In this document: positions 47,578 through 55,349 of the stretch, piece by piece
How the letters are laid out: each line of letters starts with the position of its first letter
How positions within the stretch are numbered: the first letter of the stretch is position 1
NCBI GenBank assembly: GCA_050297195.1
Contig: JBNKSG010000001.1
Span: 1 to 55,349 of the forward strand
Origin: Opitutaceae bacterium
Lineage (GTDB): Bacteria > Verrucomicrobiota > Verrucomicrobiia > Opitutales > Opitutaceae
Reading direction: 5' to 3'
Length of the DNA: 55,349 nt
The notes under the pieces: model-generated
The model's database searches: none
Seen by the model: only the letters and a program-made list of their open reading frames with translations
Told to the model about the DNA's origin: nothing
Program-made: the position numbers and the translations under genes

Positions 47578-48888
47578 ATGATCTCGCACGTATTCAAGCC
47601 ACGAAGAAAGAACAAGGCGGGCAAGTCGGTTGCCTCGCGCCTTTACAGGGGCCGCTACAGGCTCGAGGGGGAATTCTCCACGACCGAAGTTCCGCTAGGT
47701 ACCGGCGACAAGCAAGTCGCCGAAAAGAAGCTAGCGATGATAGTCGCCGAAAAGGAGCGCGAACGAGCCGGAATCCTCGCTCCCGCTCTTGAGAGGAATG
47801 CGGCGCGGCAAAATCTGGAAGAGCACTTGTCGGACTTCGTGGCCGACTTGGAGGCACAAGGGCGCAGCGACGACTACCGGAGCCGGATAGCCTCCCGCAG
47901 CAAGCGGCTTTTCAAGGAGTGCCGATGGAGCTTCTTGAAGGACATGAGCGCTGGCGACTTCGTAGCTTGGAGGTCCCAGCAACGAAACACTGCAGCAAAG
48001 ACTTTGAACGACTACCTCGACGCGGTCAACGGACTCGCGAACTGGTGCATGAAGACCGGTAGAGCGACTGCGAACCCGTTCGTCACAGTGTCCAAAGTCG
48101 AGGTCAGGGGCAAGCAGCAGGAGCGAAGGGCGCTCACCGACGACGAGTTAGGCCGCCTCGTGGAGGCAGCTCCGCAAAGGAGGCTTCTTTACCTCACTGC
48201 AGCGTATACCGGCTTGAGGGTAAACGAGATCAGGCAACTGAAAGTACCTGACGCTCACCTGTCGAGCGAGACGGCTTACTTCGAGGTTCGCTCGTCCACC
48301 ACCAAGAACAAGAGGAAGGCGATCGTTCCGATACATTCCGGCCTGCTCCAAGAGCTTCGAGACTTGTTAGCAGGGAAAGGGCAGGACGAACCCATCTTCG
48401 AGCTTCCCAAACGTCCGAACGAGACGATCAACTGGGACTTCAAGAGAGCCGGTATTCCAAAAGTAGATACGCTTGGCAGGAAAGTCGACTTCCATGCCCT
48501 GAGGAACACTTTCGCTACAAAGCTTGCGAGGAGCGGCGTGTCCCAGCGATTGGCCCAAGAGTTGATGCGCCACAGCGATCCTCGGCTCACCGCGCAAATC
48601 TACACCGACGCGTCCCAACTCCCGACCTTCTCGGCTGTCGAAGGCCTAGATTGGAACATGGGAACGAGCTGCCGAGAGCGTAGCTTGGATAACCCACAAA
48701 TAGCCCCACTAAAATCAGCCTCTTCAGGGCACGAGACGTCACGGACTGGCGAACAGAGTTGCTGGTCGGATTCCCTTGAAGCTCTTGGGCAAGAAGGGAT
48801 TGACACAAAATTGCCGCTTCCTGTCGCAAAACAGGAAGCGGCCGAAATGGTACCCCGTAGGGGATTCGAACCCCTGTCGCATGGATGA
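47578..48888 (+). CDS. Tyrosine integrase targeting tRNA-Glu
   Basis: TGLRVNE, TKN, DFHALRNTF, LMRHSD and IY motifs. The ORF tail runs antisense into the tRNA (MVPRRGFEPLSHG*). Confidence 0.92.
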   Translation: MISHVFKPRRKNKAGKSVASRLYRGRYRLEGEFSTTEVPLGTGDKQVAEKKLAMIVAEKERERAGILAPALERNAARQNLEEHLSDFVADLEAQGRSDDYRSRIASRSKRLFKECRWSFLKDMSAGDFVAWRSQQRNTAAKTLNDYLDAVNGLANWCMKTGRATANPFVTVSKVEVRGKQQERRALTDDELGRLVEAAPQRRLLYLTAAYTGLRVNEIRQLKVPDAHLSSETAYFEVRSSTTKNKRKAIVPIHSGLLQELRDLLAGKGQDEPIFELPKRPNETINWDFKRAGIPKVDTLGRKVDFHALRNTFATKLARSGVSQRLAQELMRHSDPRLTAQIYTDASQLPTFSAVEGLDWNMGTSCRERSLDNPQIAPLKSASSGHETSRTGEQSCWSDSLEALGQEGIDTKLPLPVAKQEAAEMVPRRGFEPLSHG

Positions 48889-48925
48889 AAACCATGTGTC
48901 CTAGGCCTGGCTAGACGAACGGGGC
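48848..48925 (-). tRNA. tRNA-Glu (TTC)
   Basis: GCCCCGT acceptor, CATGG-TTTTCAT-CCATG anticodon arm, AGGGG-TTCGAAT-CCCCT T-arm, encoded CCA. 78 nt. Confidence 0.97.
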
Positions 48926-48943
48926 GTTTAGCAAGAGCCGCAG

Positions 48944-48971
48944 AACCTAGAAATCCGACTTCCCTGCGCAA
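48944..48971 (-). promoter_or_regulatory. Possible sigma-70 promoter of tRNA-Glu
   Basis: TTGCGC-N16-TAGGTT on the minus strand, preceded by an A-tract. Confidence 0.35.
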
Positions 48972-49107
48972 GGCTTTTTTTCCAGAAAAACCTATCTAAT
49001 TCCCAATCAACACCTTTCAAACAGCTCGAAACCCCCTCAACCGCTCTTGCCATCCCCAAATCTCCACCCCAGTCTCCCCATAGTAGCCAACCTTCCCACC
49101 TCTCCCT

Positions 49108-50943
49108 ATGGGCCTGCTCGACTTCTTCCGTCCCAAGATACGCCTCGCCATCGGCGACTGCTCCTCACGCGCCCTCACTCACGCTGACTCCTTTCCCGTC
49201 AACCTAAGCGGGCGCAAGGTCGACGGCACGAAGTCCCCCATCTGCCGTATCCACCACCTCGACGGAGAGTACTCCCTCGAACCCCTCTCCTCCGACTCCG
49301 TCATCAAGCTCGATGGCCAAACCATCACCCGCGAGACCCCCCTCAAGCCGAATCGCAACTACGGCCTCACCCTCGACACCCACCTCATCGTCATTCGCAT
49401 CACCCGGAACCCCAACCGGCTCGGCGACGGCTTCAGCGAAGGAAACTGGGACATCGCCCCTCGCGAGAACCCCGAAGACCGCGAATCGCTTCCTGCCTCC
49501 CAGCTCGACCCCAAAGAGCTCACCCAACGCCTGAAGCACCCCGAGGACCACCTCGCCTTCCCCACCTACGGCGACACCTGCTTCCTCCTGTCCGACCTCC
49601 TCGCCAGCCTCTCTCCCACCAGTCCTTCGCCCTCCCCCAACTCCGCCCCACCGCCACCAGAACCCACAGCCCCCCTCCGCCCCACGCCCCTCGTCCCTCC
49701 TCCCTCCCCCCCCGGACCCCACTCTCACCCCTGCCCTTACTGCTGGAAGCCCTTCGCCCCCGGCGACGCCCTCAACATCGCCGTACACGAATCCCTCACC
49801 GGGGACCCCATTCTCGGCTCCCACGTCAAGCTACGCTTCGCCGCCGAACGCTTCAATTCCCTCGGCCAAGCCCTCGACTCCGAAAGCACCGCTTGCCCGG
49901 ACCTCGCTTGCCCGCACTGCCGCGGACGACTCCCCCCCTCCTTCTTCGCCCAGCCACAGCACATCATCTCGCTCGTAGGCGCCCCCAGCTCCGGCAAGTC
50001 CTACTACCTCTCCGTCCTCCTGCGCCAACTTCCCGAGGACCTCATCCGCCACTACTCCGCCAACCTCCAAGACGGCGACCCCTCCGGCAACGCCCAGCTA
50101 AACGAGATGAAGAACCGCCTCTTCTCGGCCAACACCCCCGAAGACGCCTTCATCTCCAAGACCGACTTCGAAGGCGTCATGTACGAGCGCCTCTACCGAG
50201 ACGGAAAACTCGTCCCCCTCCCTCGCCCCTTCGTCTACTACCTGCAAAACCTCCACAACCCCGACCAGCGCGCTTCCCTCGTCTTCTACGACAACGCCGG
50301 CGAACATTTCAAACCGGGCATCGCCCTCGACGACTCCCCCGGCGCCCTCCATGTCGCCGCCTCCGCCGGACTGCTCTTTCTCTTCGACCCCTCCTCCTCG
50401 CCCGCTTTCCGCAAGCTGCTCCGTCGCAAACGCGACCCCCAGCTCCGCACCGACGCCACCGACGAACAAGATACCATCCTCTCCGAACTGGGCGTTCGCG
50501 TTAAGAAGTTGAGAGCCCTCGAGAGTCATGAAAGAGTGGATACGCCGCTCGCCATCCTCGTCGGCAAGTTCGACCTCTGGCAAAACCTCCTCCCGCCCGA
50601 CACCCTACACCTCCCCGAAGACCGCCCCCTCTCCGACGAAGAGATCGCCCACAACTCCATCCAGGTCCGCAGGCTCCTCGCCCAGCTCTGCCCCACCATC
50701 GTCGCCAACGCGGAATCCATCTCGACCCGCGTCACCTACTTCCCCCTCTCCTCCCTCGGCCACTCGCCCAAAGAGATCGCCGAAGGCCCCCTCGCCGGAC
50801 GACTCGCCCCCAACCCCAAACGCCTCAAACCCGTCCTCGCCACCACCCCCGCCCTCTGGATCCTCGCCCAACAATCCCCCAACCCGCTCACCGCCTCTCC
50901 CCCCTCGCCTCTCGTCCCTCCACCCTCGGAACCCAACCCGTGA
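49108..50943 (+). CDS. TRAFAC-clade GTPase (double-GTPase-2-like) with degenerate FHA-like N-terminus and CxxC zinc ribbon
   Basis: CPYCW..CPHC, G1 GAPSSGKS, G3 DNAGE, G4 GKFD, G5 SSLG. Pro-rich linker. Confidence 0.8.
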   Translation: MGLLDFFRPKIRLAIGDCSSRALTHADSFPVNLSGRKVDGTKSPICRIHHLDGEYSLEPLSSDSVIKLDGQTITRETPLKPNRNYGLTLDTHLIVIRITRNPNRLGDGFSEGNWDIAPRENPEDRESLPASQLDPKELTQRLKHPEDHLAFPTYGDTCFLLSDLLASLSPTSPSPSPNSAPPPPEPTAPLRPTPLVPPPSPPGPHSHPCPYCWKPFAPGDALNIAVHESLTGDPILGSHVKLRFAAERFNSLGQALDSESTACPDLACPHCRGRLPPSFFAQPQHIISLVGAPSSGKSYYLSVLLRQLPEDLIRHYSANLQDGDPSGNAQLNEMKNRLFSANTPEDAFISKTDFEGVMYERLYRDGKLVPLPRPFVYYLQNLHNPDQRASLVFYDNAGEHFKPGIALDDSPGALHVAASAGLLFLFDPSSSPAFRKLLRRKRDPQLRTDATDEQDTILSELGVRVKKLRALESHERVDTPLAILVGKFDLWQNLLPPDTLHLPEDRPLSDEEIAHNSIQVRRLLAQLCPTIVANAESISTRVTYFPLSSLGHSPKEIAEGPLAGRLAPNPKRLKPVLATTPALWILAQQSPNPLTASPPSPLVPPPSEPNP

Positions 50944-53072
50944 GCTTCCAATACATCCACACCAGCGCCAAACGCGGCCTAGAACCCGGCAAGTCCGGCT
51001 TCTGCTGCGTCGCCCGCGATCGCAGCATTCCGCCCGACCTTGTGGCGGAGCTCGAAAGCCAGAGCCGCTACACCGCAGACGCCCAAGGAGCCCCCCCCCT
51101 CATCCTACGCCACCGCATCGTCACCCTCCGCTCCGGCACCTACCACATCCTCAGCCGTATCCACGAGTCCGGTACCGACTACTCAAAACGCAACAATCAC
51201 ATCGCCCACCATATCGCCTTTCCCCAAGACGACATCCCCGGCCTACCCAACCCCGCCGCTATCCTGCTCAACTGGCGCGGCTGGCGCGAAAAGTGGGACG
51301 AACCCCCTCGCATCCTCGAGCCCTTCGAAGCCTTCGACCTACAGGACATCGAATCCTTTTGGACCACCCAGCCAGAACCCTCCCAGTTCAAACGCATCAA
51401 CCGAAACGGCAACCTCCTCAGCAGAGTATTCAAAATCTCGCTACAAGAAGAGAGACTCCTCATCGAGCACCTCCGCACATCCCTAAACGACCTCTCGACC
51501 AGCCAACGCTGGCAATTCACCTTCACCAGCTGCCTACTCCCCACCGACCAACCCCAAGATTACTCCTGGGCCGGCCACCTGCCCAGCCTCCCACTCCCCT
51601 ACGATCTCCCCGCCTATAACCTCCCCCTCAAGGTAGCCCCCGAAGCCAAGGTCCGCCCAAGCTCCGAGAGCAAAGGACAGATCCCCTCCCCACCAGAGCC
51701 GGTGCCCGCTTCCCCCGCACCTCAAGCCCCGGAACCCGAACCCCAGACGCAAGCCCCACAAAAGAAATTCGCCGCCCCGCGCGTCGAAATCCCAGAAGAC
51801 TACGACCACCGCAAACGCAAGCGCCCCAAGCGAAACTACGGCCAGCGCGAGTTCAATCGGGCCATCAACATCGCCATCGCCGGTGGCGCCATCATCTGCA
51901 TCGCCCTCATCACCTTCTTCGTCCAAACCCACCGCAACAACAAGCTCGCAAACACAAACCTCCCCACCGAGAGCGATACCCAACGCGCTCTGCAAGCCCG
52001 CCAGGACGTCTGGAAAAAATTCGCCGAGGCAGGCTACCCTCGAGCCGAACTCGAAAACGCCCGCGCCACCGCCCACTTCCTCGCCAAGGCCGGAGAAGAC
52101 ACCCCCCTACAAACCATCACCTTCCTGGACCGCCTCCTCGCCTCCACCGACGCCGAGCAAAACGCAGGCCTGCTCGTCCCCAAATCCCTGATACAAAAAG
52201 ACTCCAGCACCTACCGGCTGCCACTCTCCCCCGTCAGCTACCCAGCCCTCACCCGGCTCGCGCTCCTTCCCCTTTCCCTCGCCCGGCAGCTCGACTTCCC
52301 CCAGCTCGATCAAACCCTCGCGCCGCTCTCCGCCATGCCCCAGGCCAGCTTCTCCGTTGAGGCCCTCTCCGATTCGCTCGACGCCTACCTCCTGCTCGCC
52401 AACACCCAATACGACGCCCTCCCCTCCACAACTCGCCAAGCCATCGAATCCTACATCTCACAACTCGACGAAATCCAATCCAACCACCAATTCTCGCCCA
52501 TCCTCTCCCTCCCCAAAGCCTTCGCCCTATCTCCCCAGGCTGCGTATATCGCCGTAGATTCCAAAGGCCTGCTCATCCCCACCACTCCCATTAGCCTCGC
52601 CCAATACCTCCGCGAGCTCTTCGTCAACGCCATCGCTCGCAGCGACGACCAAGCCCTGCTCTCCTCCACCTTCCAGTCCGCCCTCGCCCAAATCCAATCC
52701 AACTCCTGGGCCAACCCCGCCGAGATCGCCACCCAGATAAACGAAGCCCTCGCCCTGCTCGACCTCGACCACCGCGACTCCCAGGACCCCTTGCGCAAAA
52801 TCCGCCTCGAGTGGCAATACACCTTCACCCACCCCGACCTCATGGAGCAGACCATCATCGGCTACAACCTCGACGCCCTCCAAACCGCCAAGCTCCGCCT
52901 CGCCGACACCCGCAGCCAATTCAGCCAAGCCGATTTCGCCCTCTACCTCGCCCGCCAAGAACGAGCCGCCAAAGCCGCCGCCCTCAAGCAGACCGCTAAA
53001 GAAGCCGCATCCAGCAAGGAATGGATTGTCATCAGCAAGCAATCCACCAAGGTTCCACACTCCCTGCCATGA
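50940..53072 (+). CDS. GAP1-N2/GAP1-M domain membrane protein (GTPase-associated protein 1)
   Basis: N-terminal QYIHTSAKRGLEPGKSGFCCVA, DYSKRNNHIAHH and RWQFTFTS. Central TM IAIAGGAIICIALITFFV. GTGA overlap with the GTPase gene. Confidence 0.75.
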   Translation: MSFQYIHTSAKRGLEPGKSGFCCVARDRSIPPDLVAELESQSRYTADAQGAPPLILRHRIVTLRSGTYHILSRIHESGTDYSKRNNHIAHHIAFPQDDIPGLPNPAAILLNWRGWREKWDEPPRILEPFEAFDLQDIESFWTTQPEPSQFKRINRNGNLLSRVFKISLQEERLLIEHLRTSLNDLSTSQRWQFTFTSCLLPTDQPQDYSWAGHLPSLPLPYDLPAYNLPLKVAPEAKVRPSSESKGQIPSPPEPVPASPAPQAPEPEPQTQAPQKKFAAPRVEIPEDYDHRKRKRPKRNYGQREFNRAINIAIAGGAIICIALITFFVQTHRNNKLANTNLPTESDTQRALQARQDVWKKFAEAGYPRAELENARATAHFLAKAGEDTPLQTITFLDRLLASTDAEQNAGLLVPKSLIQKDSSTYRLPLSPVSYPALTRLALLPLSLARQLDFPQLDQTLAPLSAMPQASFSVEALSDSLDAYLLLANTQYDALPSTTRQAIESYISQLDEIQSNHQFSPILSLPKAFALSPQAAYIAVDSKGLLIPTTPISLAQYLRELFVNAIARSDDQALLSSTFQSALAQIQSNSWANPAEIATQINEALALLDLDHRDSQDPLRKIRLEWQYTFTHPDLMEQTIIGYNLDALQTAKLRLADTRSQFSQADFALYLARQERAAKAAALKQTAKEAASSKEWIVISKQSTKVPHSLP

Positions 53073-55349
53073 TCGCCTCCGCCTTTCCCGAAGCCAACCG
53101 TCTCGCCTACCGCATCCGTACCGCCCTCACCGGCGAGTCCACCGGCCTAGAAACCGCCAAACTCGCCTGGCAACAGGCCGAAGCCGTCGACCGCGCCAAC
53201 GCCGACCTCAAGCAAGCCCTGCAGCTCCTCGCCGACGGGACCCTGCTCGATAGCCTCCTCCTCGAGAACAACCACCCCAAGCTCCTCGAAACCGCCCGCT
53301 CCCTCGACCACCCCCTCGTCGACGCCTGGAAAGAACGCTGCGAAACCTTCGGCTGGCGCATCGCCGCGCCCGTTGACCTCGAAAGCGTATCCAAAATCCA
53401 AACCGCCATCGAAGAACAAGGCGACCTCAAAGACTGGCTCTTCAAGCAATACCGCACCGCCGTCCGCTCCAAAAACGAGACCGCCCGCGCCTTCCAAATC
53501 ATCGAGCTCATCGCCGACCGCTTCCCCGACGACGCAAACGCCAAGGAAGAAGTCGCCGCCAAACGCTCCCAAATGCTCGAGCAAGCCGCCGCAGAAGTAA
53601 AGGACGCCACCGAGCAACTCATCCCCGCCGAACCACCCAAACAAGTCGTCCGCCGCTACGTCGCCCTCGGACTCCCCCTCGCCGACTCCCCCGACACCCT
53701 CCTCGCCAACACCCTCGCCGAAGCCGCCTCCGAACACCTCAACGCCATCGCCGACAAAGCTCGAGCCATCGTCGAAACCGCCCAAGACCTCTCCGAAACC
53801 GCCAACTGGCAAGAAGTCGAGCGAGCCTACCTCGCCTGCGACTACACCCTCGCCACCAACGAGGCCCGCGGCGATCTCCCCCCCGAGCTCCGCGACAAAT
53901 TCGAAAAAGTCGCAACCCAGCTCTCCCGCATCCGAGCCAAGTACGAATCCAGCATTTCAATACGCCTCGCCATCGCCGACATCCGCAACGGCAAGGAAAA
54001 CAAAGGCAAGCCCGTCCCCATCGCCAACCGAGTCGCCAAGCTCAAGTCCCTCGAAAGCCAAGCCCTCAAAACCGGCAACCAAATCCCCGGCGACCTGCAA
54101 AACGAAATCAAGACCGCCTACACCTACGCCCGCCGCAAACGCCTCCCACTCTACGGCGGCATCGCCGCCGCCGTCCTCATCCTCGCCGCCGGCTCCCTCT
54201 TCCTCGCCAAGCAAAGCCAAGAACGCCAAGCAGCCGAAGCCCTGCAAGCCGAAGCCCTAGCCGCCCTGCAGTCCACCGAACAGTCCGGCAATACCGCCCA
54301 AGTCCGCCAAACCCTCGAAACCTGGGAGAGCCAGGTCGCCCTCGCCGAGCCCAACTCCAGCCTCGCTAACCAAGCCGCCCTGCTCGAAGACTGGCTCGCT
54401 CTCCAAACGTCACTGGAAAACGAATACGCAAACGCCATCGCCGATCTGCAAAAGCTGGCCACCAGCCCCGACTCCCTCGAAAACGCGCCCGCCATCGAAG
54501 TCCTCGCCAACGACATCCGCAAAGCCCGTGCGGACCTCGCTCCCGACCTCGGCCAAGACGCCGACGAACGCTTCGAATCCCTGCTCGCCGACTACCAAAA
54601 ACGCCAAGCAGCCGAGCTCGACCAAAATCGCCGCGAACTCGCCCGCGTCGAACGCGAGCTCCGCATCGCCGCCAACAACGCCACCCAAGCCAAGAGCCGC
54701 GCCGAATTCCAGCGCCTGCAAACCGCAGCCGAAACCCGTGCGCAAACGCTCGCCTCCCTCCTGCAAGAAGACTTCGCCGCCAGCAGCCGCAGCCAGCTCA
54801 CACCGCTGCTCAAAAGCGTCACCCAACAACTCGACGCCATCGAAACCAAGTGGGGCGCCCTCGACAAGGCCTGGCTGCAGCTCGCCCAAACCAAGGAGCT
54901 CGCTCCCTACCTCGCCCAGCTCGAACGTATCCACAGTTTCGATATCCTACCCGCAGAACAAAAGACAGCCCTCTCCCAAACCCTCCGGCTCAAGAAAGAC
55001 TTCTCCAACCTAAAAGACACCCAAAACCTCTTTTCCAACAAGGAAGCCGCCGCCGCGTTCCCCGCCAACCAAAGCTACCTCGATACCCCCGTCGAACTCA
55101 GCGACGAAGAAACAGCGTACCTCACTCGCCTGCAAAAGCTCGAGAGCTTCGCCGACGTCTACCAATCCACCGTCCAGTACTTCGAAGGAAACGCCGACCC
55201 GCAAAGCGAATACCGCATCTACCTCGTCGAACCCATTTCCAAGTCCGATTCCGAACAAAACGAGTCCAGCATCGCCTTCACCTTCAGCGTCCGCGGCTTC
55301 GACGAATTCGGAAATCCAGAGTCCCAGCCACGCCAGATCCAGTTCATCA
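53069..55349 (+). CDS. Large helical/coiled-coil membrane protein, third gene of the GTPase operon (runs off the window end)
   Basis: ATGA overlap at 53069. Translation begins MIASAFPEANRLAYRIRTAL. TM LPLYGGIAAAVLILAAGSLFLA near 54140-54210. No stop seen, so absent from the ORF track. Confidence 0.8.
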   Translation, partial: MIASAFPEANRLAYRIRTALTGESTGLETAKLAWQQAEAVDRANADLKQALQLLADGTLLDSLLLENNHPKLLETARSLDHPLVDAWKERCETFGWRIAAPVDLESVSKIQTAIEEQGDLKDWLFKQYRTAVRSKNETARAFQIIELIADRFPDDANAKEEVAAKRSQMLEQAAAEVKDATEQLIPAEPPKQVVRRYVALGLPLADSPDTLLANTLAEAASEHLNAIADKARAIVETAQDLSETANWQEVERAYLACDYTLATNEARGDLPPELRDKFEKVATQLSRIRAKYESSISIRLAIADIRNGKENKGKPVPIANRVAKLKSLESQALKTGNQIPGDLQNEIKTAYTYARRKRLPLYGGIAAAVLILAAGSLFLAKQSQERQAAEALQAEALAALQSTEQSGNTAQVRQTLETWESQVALAEPNSSLANQAALLEDWLALQTSLENEYANAIADLQKLATSPDSLENAPAIEVLANDIRKARADLAPDLGQDADERFESLLADYQKRQAAELDQNRRELARVERELRIAANNATQAKSRAEFQRLQTAAETRAQTLASLLQEDFAASSRSQLTPLLKSVTQQLDAIETKWGALDKAWLQLAQTKELAPYLAQLERIHSFDILPAEQKTALSQTLRLKKDFSNLKDTQNLFSNKEAAAAFPANQSYLDTPVELSDEETAYLTRLQKLESFADVYQSTVQYFEGNADPQSEYRIYLVEPISKSDSEQNESSIAFTFSVRGFDEFGNPESQPRQIQFI

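Larger units (their letters stand above)
1..48860. mobile_element. Composite integrative/mobilizable genomic island inserted at the tRNA-Glu 3' end (left boundary outside the window)
   Basis: Xis-like gene plus tyrosine integrase abut the tRNA-Glu 3' end. Relaxase, MobC, T4CP, RadC and toxin/defence cargo lie inside. Abrupt switch to C-skewed host-like sequence right of the tRNA. No second tRNA-Glu 3' copy spotted by eye. Confidence 0.8.

Noticed and set aside
49204-55258. Many long minus-strand and off-frame Pro/Ser/Gly-rich ORFs
   Set aside because: Artefacts of the extreme C-ending codon bias of the three real plus-strand genes.

Overview
Most of the window (1 to about 48,860) is a composite integrative and mobilizable island. 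Its right end sits in the 3' end of a tRNA-Glu(TTC) gene (48848-48925, minus strand), next to an AlpA-like/xis gene and a tyrosine integrase. I did not see the left end inside the window. The island carries: (i) two further tyrosine recombinases, one a P4-like integrase beside what looks like an intact, unused attP with a tRNA-Arg-type core; (ii) an oriT-like site, mobC, a MOBP relaxase and a VirD4-like coupling protein, with no recognisable VirB mating-pair genes; (iii) an uncharacterised membrane/vWA/ECF-sigma module facing a divergent double-XRE regulator and a RadC/JAB gene; (iv) a divergent pair of Lit/U49-like HExxH peptidases plus a DUF4365-type nuclease, probably defence cargo; (v) a YukJ-LTD / DUF1353 / hypothetical / EEP-nuclease-LTD cluster; (vi) two signal-peptide-bearing RHS toxin-immunity loci (2049 aa with an HNH-like tip; about 4900 aa with an adhesin stalk and a permuted papain-like tip). 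Both RHS loci are followed by the same non-coding repeat, which contains an ATCCA-N5-TGGAT palindrome. Right of the tRNA the sequence becomes strongly C-skewed host DNA encoding a TRAFAC GTPase / GAP1-N2 conflict-system operon. Gene content and style suggest a Verrucomicrobia (Opitutales-like) host, which is inference. All family calls come from motif recognition by eye, not database searches.
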